Below the pieces are notes generated by a model. It did no database searches. It was not told the DNA's origin and was given only the letters and a program-made list of their open reading frames with translations. This document shows, in pieces, positions 56,525-64,000 of a stretch of 64,000 bases of DNA (positions are counted from its first letter, which is position 1; each line of letters starts with the position of its first letter). Where the stretch lies: positions 32,001 through 96,000 of the IMG/VR virus record IMGVR_UViG_3300013121_000013; one strand, given 5' to 3'. The DNA comes from a virus (Duplodnaviria > Caudoviricetes). Position numbers and translations under genes: made by a program.

Positions 56525-58135
56525 ATGAGTAGTTTTGAAGACAAGCTTGTCCAATACATTAAGGGTGGTGGGCAAGCTTTTTTCGTTGATACATTAGAAA
56601 CAGCTAGATGTCAAAGATCTATAAAACAAGTTGCTGAAAAGTTAAGCAAAAAAACAAAAACAAAAGTTATAACATGGGATTGCATAAACGGATTTGATAT
56701 AGAAGGCGGAGATCGGTTTACAGCACTGCAAAAAGCTATCTTAGCTACTGTTGATTCTTCTGCACTGGGGCCTGGTGACGCTCTTGTAGTGTTTAAAAAT
56801 GCTCATCCGTGGTTAAGTAAGGTCCCAGAAATAAGGCAGGCGTTTAAGAATCTTAGAGAAATCAATGCCTTTAATTCAATATCACATTTCAGGCGACCTC
56901 TGATCTTTTTATCTAATTCTTACGAAGTTCATCCGGAAATCACTCATGATCTAGTTAAGTTAACATTTGAACTTCCTACAACAGAAGAGCTTTTATCAGT
57001 ATTCAATCAAGTTGAATCTGTAGTTAAATCTATGCTCGGAGAAGAAGGTAGATGCGACGATGTGCTTAAAGACAGGATACTTAGAAATTTATTAGGCCTG
57101 ACCGAATGTGAAGCCGAAAATATCTTATATTATGCTGTAAATCAGAGTAAAGGATTTAATAACGATGTTTTAGAAATCCTAGAGGAAGAGAAAGCAAGCT
57201 CTATCAATAGTGGCAGCATTCTGGAATATGTACCAAGACGTAAGATTGAGTCTATAGATAACTTTAAAGGGTTTGAAAGATATATCGATTGGCTCAAGTC
57301 TAGACTTAAGACTTATACACCAGAGGCCAGAGCTAGAAATCTTGAATTTCCTAAGGGTGCAGCTCTGATTGGCCCTCCTGGCACAGGCAAAAGCGCTATA
57401 GCGAAAGCTACTGCAAAAATGCTGAATTTGCCTTTGGTTATTCTCGACTATTCAGCTACCTTCAACTCTTTGGTTGGAGAAAGTGAAGGAGCACTTAGAA
57501 ACTCTTTAAAGCAGATCAGAGGCCTAAGAGGAAGTGTAATGCTTATCGATGAGGCAGATAAGGCATTACAAGGACAAGGCGATCTAAGCGGTGTTTCTCA
57601 AAGATTGAGCGGAATATTACTAAGTTGGCTAACAGATAGGCCTCCAGATGACCGGACTTTTGTTTTGTTTACGCTTAATCGAACTGAAGGAATTAGACCA
57701 GAGACACTACGAGCAGGGCGACTCGATAAGATGTGGTGTACACGGATTCCTAATGACCGGGAAAGATGGGAAATCTTTGATGTTCACTGCAAAATAAGGA
57801 ATATAAAGACTAAATATAATGAAAAGGAAAAACAGGCGTTCCTTCAGGCCACTAAGGGATATGTAGGCTCAGAAATAGAGCAGGTTGTTATCGATTCTCA
57901 AGTCGCAGACTTCGATATTGGTAAAGATAATTCTGAAGTTATTCCTATGAATGTAGTACTAAAAGAAGCATATTCTATTACTCCGGTAAGTAGACTGGAC
58001 TCAGAGAATATCAAACAAATAGAACAGTTTTGTAAGGATAGGGCTTTTCCTGTTGGTCTTTCTGACGAAGACGGCAAATCTAATACTAAGAATAAAACAG
58101 GAAGAGGGTTAGAAATGGATAATTGGGAATCATAA
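56525..58135 (+). CDS. AAA+ ATPase, Ycf46-like
   Basis: Walker A GPPGTGKS, Walker B MLIDEADK, LVGESE and second region of homology PETLRAGRLD; degenerate N-terminal AAA domain. Confidence 0.9.
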   Translation: MSSFEDKLVQYIKGGGQAFFVDTLETARCQRSIKQVAEKLSKKTKTKVITWDCINGFDIEGGDRFTALQKAILATVDSSALGPGDALVVFKNAHPWLSKVPEIRQAFKNLREINAFNSISHFRRPLIFLSNSYEVHPEITHDLVKLTFELPTTEELLSVFNQVESVVKSMLGEEGRCDDVLKDRILRNLLGLTECEAENILYYAVNQSKGFNNDVLEILEEEKASSINSGSILEYVPRRKIESIDNFKGFERYIDWLKSRLKTYTPEARARNLEFPKGAALIGPPGTGKSAIAKATAKMLNLPLVILDYSATFNSLVGESEGALRNSLKQIRGLRGSVMLIDEADKALQGQGDLSGVSQRLSGILLSWLTDRPPDDRTFVLFTLNRTEGIRPETLRAGRLDKMWCTRIPNDRERWEIFDVHCKIRNIKTKYNEKEKQAFLQATKGYVGSEIEQVVIDSQVADFDIGKDNSEVIPMNVVLKEAYSITPVSRLDSENIKQIEQFCKDRAFPVGLSDEDGKSNTKNKTGRGLEMDNWES

Positions 58136-58137
58136 AA

Positions 58138-59157
58138 ATGAGCATAGCTGTGCAGAAACAGCCTGACGAAGTTAAATCTACACTTCAATCTGCGAGAGAG
58201 ACTCTAGGAAGCGCCAAGACTTTTAATAAAGTCATGAGCAGATGTCTGCTTGTCACTATGACGTTCAATAGATGGCGTGGTCTTTATCAGATAGATAAAG
58301 CTCAAACACTATCAGATGGAAAAGTTATTCCTGAAGAACTTTCAACGCCTGGCAAGTGGAAATTAATTCCAGATGAGTTAAATAAAAGTCTAAACGCGTT
58401 GGAATCGTCTGCCAGATCAATACTTGCTAGAAGGTCTGTGTCATTTAAACTTCCATCTGTCTATATAGTTCCAATATCTGCTGCTGACAAGCTATTCGAA
58501 GATTTGAAACGTATTAGGTTAGATCTAGAAGAAGCGGCCGATAACTTTTGCTCTCCCCAGAATTATAAAACAATACTTCAGGAGTTATTTAAAAAGGTGA
58601 ACTCTGATACAGAGTTGTTTAAAACTGTAAAGGGTCTTTTACCATCTAGGGATAAACTACGAAGTAAGTTTGGAATAACCTGTGCCCTGGTTCCTATAGG
58701 ATCTCTCAATACTGATTTTGAAGATAACGCCTCAGAATTTATTAAAGAAGCTCAAGCTGAGACACGAAAGTTTATCAAGGAATCTATTGAGTCTATGCTT
58801 AGCGAACCAAGGAAGGAGCTTGAAAACGCTCTATTAAACCTATCTAGTATTTTACAGAAAAGACATTCAGAAGGTAGCGTACGTAGCAGTGTCCGACAGG
58901 CCAGTATCGATAACGTAAGAGCTGCACTTCAAAAACTAAAAGATTTTAGCTTTATAGCTGACGATCAACTTTTAGATCAAATGAATACTTTGGATTCTCA
59001 GTTAGCTAAAACTACACCCAAAGAGCTGAACTCGTCTCTAGAAATATCTCAAAGTATTAACGCCACACTTAAAAGTATAGCTGCTAAAGCAGCTGACGAT
59101 GATGCTGCTTTGCTTCAATTTGATAAATTCTCTCGAAGTCTAGACTTTGAAGAATAG
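58138..59157 (+). CDS. DUF3150-like coiled-coil protein
   Basis: W.G..GKWKLIP..L..LES.AR..L..Y.VP pattern; adjacent to the Ycf46-like AAA. Confidence 0.55.
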   Translation: MSIAVQKQPDEVKSTLQSARETLGSAKTFNKVMSRCLLVTMTFNRWRGLYQIDKAQTLSDGKVIPEELSTPGKWKLIPDELNKSLNALESSARSILARRSVSFKLPSVYIVPISAADKLFEDLKRIRLDLEEAADNFCSPQNYKTILQELFKKVNSDTELFKTVKGLLPSRDKLRSKFGITCALVPIGSLNTDFEDNASEFIKEAQAETRKFIKESIESMLSEPRKELENALLNLSSILQKRHSEGSVRSSVRQASIDNVRAALQKLKDFSFIADDQLLDQMNTLDSQLAKTTPKELNSSLEISQSINATLKSIAAKAADDDAALLQFDKFSRSLDFEE

Positions 59158-59171
59158 AATCTGGAGATAGA

Positions 59172-59489
59172 ATGCCGTGCCATCAGATCAATCTTATGTC
59201 CGTTAAGATAGAAGCTGCCGATAGAAATCTATTAGAACAAGCACTTCAGAAGTTGAAGTTAAAATATACTAGAAACGGCCAAAAGTTTGTTATTAATGTC
59301 GGGTCTCAGACCATCACTATAAACGAAAATTCTGCAACATTGCCAATTTCGATGCAGAATACTTTAAATGATATTAAACAACAATATTCTAAAGAAGTAG
59401 TAATGGAAGCAGCATCACAGTATGGATGGACTATTTTCGGAGAGGAAAGTGAAGAAACTGGTCATTCGATTGTGCTGAGGAGATACTAA
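59172..59489 (+). CDS. DUF1257/Ycf35-like protein
   Basis: D..LL..AL..L..IKQQYS.EVV..AA..YGW pattern; gene context. Confidence 0.6.
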   Translation: MPCHQINLMSVKIEAADRNLLEQALQKLKLKYTRNGQKFVINVGSQTITINENSATLPISMQNTLNDIKQQYSKEVVMEAASQYGWTIFGEESEETGHSIVLRRY

Positions 59490-59492
59490 TAA

Positions 59493-59729
59493 ATGACTAA
59501 GGTTGGGTTGTCTAAACTTATGATTAATGTGCTACCAGAAACCCTTATGAATTTAAGGCGGCATTCTCTAACTAAGGCTGGATCTGGACCTCCCTATCCA
59601 ATTGGAAGGATCGTTGATGAGCTGGTAAAGGCGCATATACCTGATTATGTATCAATTGAAGCTTCACACAGTCCTGCTCCATCTTTTGATATTGATAAGG
59701 ATGGGCCAAGAATCGTGCATGAAAGTTAA
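59493..59729 (+). CDS. Small putative ribbon-helix-helix DNA-binding protein
   Basis: Strand-helix-helix pattern LMINVLPETLMNL...IGRIVDELV. Confidence 0.35.
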   Translation: MTKVGLSKLMINVLPETLMNLRRHSLTKAGSGPPYPIGRIVDELVKAHIPDYVSIEASHSPAPSFDIDKDGPRIVHES

Positions 59730-59732
59730 ATA

Positions 59733-59945
59733 ATGCAAGCTGAAATGTCGATCAAAATTCTTAAAGACGGCACTATTAAAGTGATTACTGACGGACCAGT
59801 ACCAGAAGAACATCACCAAAATGCTGAAGAGTTTTTGTCATTTATTGCCGACAAAGCCGGAGGAGATAGGTCCACTGAGAAACTAAAAGAGCACCACCAC
59901 TATCATGTTGACGGTACTAGCCACTCTCATGTGCATAAACATTAA
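59733..59945 (+). CDS. DUF2997-like small protein with a His-rich tail
   Basis: I.ILKDGTIKV.T N-terminus; HHHYH..HSHVHKH C-terminus; gene context. Confidence 0.55.
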   Translation: MQAEMSIKILKDGTIKVITDGPVPEEHHQNAEEFLSFIADKAGGDRSTEKLKEHHHYHVDGTSHSHVHKH

Positions 59946-59972
59946 TATCTAGTTCTTTGTCGGAGAATCAAA

Positions 59973-60290
59973 ATGAGCTTTCGATTCATTAGATGGTGCG
60001 TTTGTTATAAAAATGTCGAAGGCAATATCTCCGACGATCAAAGGGAAGAAATTCTTTCTTCCAGTACGTCGGAAAAACATAGGATTCGAATATATAAACT
60101 TAGAGGTGCTGGCAAGAAGTTTAAAATTCTTCTCCTTAATCATCAAGATGACGAAGTTCAAAGAGAGCTTGTTATTGCTGGATTGGGCGGAGATCCCTTT
60201 CCATGTGTATCGGAAGCTTTAAAGAGTAAGGAGTTTAAACGTGGAGCCACTATTGTAGGTCGTAAATATCCTGCAGATGGGAACGAATGA
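59973..60290 (+). CDS. Hypothetical protein
   Basis: GGAG RBS. Confidence 0.45.
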   Translation: MSFRFIRWCVCYKNVEGNISDDQREEILSSSTSEKHRIRIYKLRGAGKKFKILLLNHQDDEVQRELVIAGLGGDPFPCVSEALKSKEFKRGATIVGRKYPADGNE

Positions 60291-60299
60291 ACTAATACG

Positions 60300-60341
60300 T
60301 AAGTCCAGGGTTCAAGACTTTCATCTCACACCCTGGACTTA
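60300..60341. terminator. Hairpin between convergent transcription units
   Basis: TAAGTCCAGGG...CCCTGGACTTA 11-bp stem. Confidence 0.6.
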
Positions 60342-60359
60342 TATTTAATAAAATGTCTG

Positions 60360-60851
60360 TTAAGAGTTAACTGGCACTGAAGATAAGTCAAATGACATTT
60401 GATACATATCTTCTCCCGTATCTGTAAAGTGGCCTCTTACTACAGCTGTTGCTTTAAAGCCTAGACTATTAAGAAATAGCTGCGCGTCAAGGTTGGTTTC
60501 TCTCATTTCTACTCTAAGCTTAGAGCAATCGGAATCTACCATATACGAGATGAGCTTTTTTATAAGCTTAGATCCTAGTCCTTTTCTTCTCACATCTGGC
60601 CTAACACCAAGATTTATGAGCTGGATTGATCGTCTTCTTACCTCGTAAATTAAGAAGGCAATTATTTTATTATCAACTTCTATAACCAGACCGTTACAGT
60701 GTTTTCTATCTAGACATTTTGCAAAATCTTCTGATGTCCATGGAGAGCTGAAGCATGTTTGTTCTACTTCTGCAATTCCATGTAAATCGCTCCTCAGCAC
60801 TAGTCTAGGGCTAGCTTTGTTCAAAAGGTTGTCTATAGTCCTGGTCGTCAT
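60360..60851 (-). CDS. rimI: RimI-like GNAT N-acetyltransferase
   Basis: E..CFSSPW..F, INLGV.PDVRRKGLG, EMRETNLDAQLF...GF and GEDMY motifs; ATG 60851 follows AAGGAG. Confidence 0.85.
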   Translation of the reverse strand: MTTRTIDNLLNKASPRLVLRSDLHGIAEVEQTCFSSPWTSEDFAKCLDRKHCNGLVIEVDNKIIAFLIYEVRRRSIQLINLGVRPDVRRKGLGSKLIKKLISYMVDSDCSKLRVEMRETNLDAQLFLNSLGFKATAVVRGHFTDTGEDMYQMSFDLSSVPVNS

Positions 60852-60892
60852 AGAAGACTCCTTTTCTGTGACTCCCAAGAAAGTCCACTACA

Positions 60893-62077
60893 CTATTTAC
60901 GAAGTTTAGCTATTTCTCGAAGACATTCTTTCGTAAGTCGTGTATTTGATTTATGTGAGGCCTCCTTGGAATATGGTAAGATTCCAACATCTTCGAGTAG
61001 TCTGTCAAGTAATGCCGCGTCATTTCTTGGTAGAGTAGATGCAACCTCCGCCATTTTTTCTGGTGATATCATTAGCCCATCTCTCGATACTTCATTTGCA
61101 AAGTCTTCACCTAGTAAATCTTTCAAATCGTGAAGTTTAACTCGTTTGAAGTCGGCTACTTTATAAACATTTCCAGTTGTTGTCTTACAATGCTGATTCA
61201 TAAATTCTGACGCTTGTTTCTTTGTGTATTTAAATAAGACATCTTCTGGAGGAGGTACAACTGGTGAATGAACTATATTATAGTGCCTATCGATTTGATC
61301 TATTATAGATGCAATTTTAGTAAGAGATTCATGACATCGAATTTGCTCTGGTTGTTCTAGGCAAACCTTAGCCATCTTTGCTAGCTCTATCTGCATTTCA
61401 TTAGGCGAGCTGTTATGATCTCCTATAAGCTTTAATCTATTCCAAAGAAGCCCAACTACATCTTCAGTAGAGCATCCACCATATCCAGCCTGTTTCTCTA
61501 AAAAGTCATCAAGATCTTTTGTGTTAGCTCCAAATTGTGCTGCTTTTTCTATTATCCTTCTTGATATAATGGCCCTGTCTTCAAATGGGATATTGGATTT
61601 GTATTGCTTTAACCATTCAGCAGCAGCTCTGACTTCTTTAGCGTTTCTAAGAGGATATTTACGATCTGATGTTCCGTTTGGATATTTGACAATTAGAGCG
61701 AAGTCGTCGTCATGCAGCTCCATACCTTCAAAAGAAGCGTCCTTTTGCCATTCTTCTTTCAACTTATCCACAGAACTTTTAATGCCATAAAAAGAGGACA
61801 TTTTATCTAATGTACCTTCGATCCACGGTCTAACCTTGGCATCAATATGTTCTGAGTTTTTAAGAAAGAAAGCTGTACTCAGCCATGTGGCTGCTTTTGT
61901 ATGCACTGGAAATCTTTTTCTTCCTGGATCCGCATATGCTCTTGGCGGCAGATCTTCATCTGGTCCATATAAATCTGATTGAGAAGCCTCTTTCACAAAT
62001 TGTGGTGGTGAAAATTTTCGCATTATGCGATAAGTATCTTGTCCACTGAGATCGCCTGTTTGATCTAAAATATTCAT
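60893..62077 (-). CDS. Putative head-associated protein with K-x-A motifs and two R-K/R-F/Y-P units
   Basis: FVKEAS, EKAAQ, LEKQAG, TKIAS, KKQAS, SKEAS; AYADPGRKRFPVHTKA and DFA..RKYPLRNAKEVRAA. Confidence 0.6.
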   Translation of the reverse strand: MNILDQTGDLSGQDTYRIMRKFSPPQFVKEASQSDLYGPDEDLPPRAYADPGRKRFPVHTKAATWLSTAFFLKNSEHIDAKVRPWIEGTLDKMSSFYGIKSSVDKLKEEWQKDASFEGMELHDDDFALIVKYPNGTSDRKYPLRNAKEVRAAAEWLKQYKSNIPFEDRAIISRRIIEKAAQFGANTKDLDDFLEKQAGYGGCSTEDVVGLLWNRLKLIGDHNSSPNEMQIELAKMAKVCLEQPEQIRCHESLTKIASIIDQIDRHYNIVHSPVVPPPEDVLFKYTKKQASEFMNQHCKTTTGNVYKVADFKRVKLHDLKDLLGEDFANEVSRDGLMISPEKMAEVASTLPRNDAALLDRLLEDVGILPYSKEASHKSNTRLTKECLREIAKLRK

Positions 62078-62099
62078 TTATTCCTCCAAAGGATATTAC

Positions 62100-63374
62100 A
62101 TGACATCCAATAAAGATAGTAAGACACATAAACCAGAACAGCACCCAGCGAACCTAAATTCAAAATTAGATTGGAAATTTGTATTCCACAGTATAGGGGT
62201 CCAACTTCCATCTGATAAGAATAAAAGAACTCCGATATGGGTACATTGTCCGTTATGTAAGGTTCGTAGGGGCCACATCTTCGCTGACTATGTATTTGGA
62301 GGCAGCTGGTTCTATTGCACTTGCTGTAAATCTGGAATGGATCTTATAGAGTTAGCTGCCGAAGTACTTGGTACAGAACTAGAAAATGCCACAAAGCTAT
62401 TACTCCCAAATGTTTCAGACGAAGAAATATCTGAATATATTCTACAGTACCCATATAATAGACGAAAGACTAACCAATTCTGGAAAAATTTAGAAAAGCT
62501 ATCGCCCGATTCCGATGAAGCTAGTAGAGATTTATTAAAGCAGCTTGAAATAAAGCTACCTCCAGAACGCCATTGGTATAGCAGACTTGGAAAGTATGTA
62601 TCTTGTGTAAGATATTCGGATTTGGATCCAGATATCTCTGCATTAGGTAATATAGATAGTCCTTTTAATAGCTCCAGCTATAGGGGTACTAAGTTTACTG
62701 TTTCTTCTCATAAGATAAACAGAGTTGTATGGAAGAACGATAGGTTACTTATTGCTCCAGCTAGGGATTTTCCAGGCAGGATATCCAGCTTTTTTGTTTC
62801 TGGATTTAAATCTTACTGTAATCAGTTAACATTGCGGAAGCAGTCTTGGAGAGTTAAACCTTACAGTATGGTTAAGGAGCATAAAACATTAAATATAAGT
62901 AGCTATGGATCTACTAAAGTCAGAGTAGAGTCCGGATTTGTAATGGACTACACCCTATACGAAGGATTAGACGTTGAGACTGATCTTTGGTGTTTTATAA
63001 TGCTAGATCCTCTTGCTGCTATAAAGCTTCAATCACATCATATGCAAACCCAAGAGCGGCCGTTACCAATAGTAGGAGCCATGGTTAATAATTTCTATGG
63101 CCCATGGGCTGCCTGGTCTGCTTGGAGGTGGCGAAGAAGAAATAACAAGCTTAGAAGAAAATATCTATTTATAGGATCTGAGGATGAAAAAGAAGAGCTT
63201 AAGATGCTAGCTAAACTGGCTACAGCTTCTTATAGCGTGCAGCCAGTAAAAGACATTGACTTTTCTAAGCCAAAAATTTGGCTAAATACAGCTATAGAGG
63301 ACAAAGTTATGGTAAGACATTCAACTCACGAAAGAATAAATAATCTAGGGGTAATTCGTGATTGGATTCATTAA
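62100..63374 (+). CDS. Protein with a primase-type N-terminal zinc finger
   Basis: CPLC...WFYCTCCKSGMDLIELA pattern; no intact TOPRIM motif recognised. Confidence 0.45.
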   Translation: MTSNKDSKTHKPEQHPANLNSKLDWKFVFHSIGVQLPSDKNKRTPIWVHCPLCKVRRGHIFADYVFGGSWFYCTCCKSGMDLIELAAEVLGTELENATKLLLPNVSDEEISEYILQYPYNRRKTNQFWKNLEKLSPDSDEASRDLLKQLEIKLPPERHWYSRLGKYVSCVRYSDLDPDISALGNIDSPFNSSSYRGTKFTVSSHKINRVVWKNDRLLIAPARDFPGRISSFFVSGFKSYCNQLTLRKQSWRVKPYSMVKEHKTLNISSYGSTKVRVESGFVMDYTLYEGLDVETDLWCFIMLDPLAAIKLQSHHMQTQERPLPIVGAMVNNFYGPWAAWSAWRWRRRNNKLRRKYLFIGSEDEKEELKMLAKLATASYSVQPVKDIDFSKPKIWLNTAIEDKVMVRHSTHERINNLGVIRDWIH

Positions 63375-64000
63375 TAACCTGGCCTATTAAAATAACCGCC
63401 CATATTTTCATTATGGTCTATTGGATCATCGAATGTACCCATAGCTGCTGTTTGTTGGGCATTTAGAACATATCTGGTGTCATTAAACCTTGGCCAGCTG
63501 TCCATAGTTTGCCACAGGCTACAGCATCCGATATTTACCGCCTGAGCAAAGTCATCAGAAAAATTAGGATTTCTCTGGATTGTATATATATCTGATCCGT
63601 AGTTTGTTGGAACTTTGTTTTCGTAAAGAGATAAGAAGTCATGAAGTAGTCCTGGCTGATCGTCATTCTTATAATCGTACTTAAAGAATTTAATAGTTCC
63701 CAACTTGATGCAAGTTGATACTAATTGAAGAGATCGAGCTTTGTCTACTCTCCATATATTTCTAGGATGTTGAATTGTGGCCGGTACAAATGACATGATA
63801 TTATGCTTAGCAGATCTTACATATTGGACTGGCACCAGCTGATCTAGTGTAACAGCGCCGCTCTGTACTAGAAATTGTTCCCTTAGATTTCCAGCACCAG
63901 TATAGTCATGTGCTAAAATTTGGCATCCGAACTTTTTAAATACACGAAGACATTCAGCAGCCTCTGCCATGTGATCGTGTGGAGTTAATAGCCTATTTCC
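63371..64000 (-). CDS. Probable terminase large subunit, C-terminal nuclease domain (5'-truncated by the window)
   Basis: AHDYTGAG..RE and SDDFAQA acidic RNase-H-type motifs; phage head context. Confidence 0.55.
   Translation of the reverse strand, partial: GNRLLTPHDHMAEAAECLRVFKKFGCQILAHDYTGAGNLREQFLVQSGAVTLDQLVPVQYVRSAKHNIMSFVPATIQHPRNIWRVDKARSLQLVSTCIKLGTIKFFKYDYKNDDQPGLLHDFLSLYENKVPTNYGSDIYTIQRNPNFSDDFAQAVNIGCCSLWQTMDSWPRFNDTRYVLNAQQTAAMGTFDDPIDHNENMGGYFNRPGY

Noticed and set aside
1-64000. Stop-codon reassignment (TAG or TGA)
   Set aside because: Long ORFs tile the window under the standard code, and TAA, TGA and TAG all end genes at sensible boundaries.
1-64000. tRNA, rRNA, integrase or transposase genes
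   Set aside because: None recognised; intergenic gaps are short and show no cloverleaf signatures. A covariance-model scan would be needed to exclude them.

Overview
This window is an AT-rich, densely coded segment of a large (probably jumbo) contractile-tailed bacteriophage, not a cellular chromosome. Almost all genes are on the + strand up to ~60.3 kb. From left to right: (1) a cellular-type multisubunit RNA polymerase with a rearranged architecture (beta C-terminus with an intein, fused to the N-half of beta'; the C-half of beta' is a separate gene), interleaved with putative internal head proteins rich in a K-x-A motif; (2) a head module (prohead protease, scaffold, decoration protein, major capsid, HNH endonuclease); (3) a GT2-methyltransferase fusion; (4) neck, sheath, tube, spike, a tail chaperone pair with a -1 slippery site, tape measure and baseplate, with a sigma-70 factor inside the baseplate block; (5) a hairpin-flanked cassette with two secreted CxxCH c-type-cytochrome-like proteins and a V/Q-rich secreted protein; (6) a collagen-like tail fibre with GC-rich swapped segments, then a GT9 glycosyltransferase; (7) an AAA+ (Ycf46-like)/DUF3150/DUF1257/DUF2997-like operon, RimI, a primase-type zinc-finger protein and the 3' end of a probable large terminase. 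An 18-bp palindrome, TTGATAGAYRTCTATCAA, recurs at five gene junctions. Several genes suggest a Planctomycetota host (inference). All assignments come from reading motifs and synteny by eye; no searches were run.
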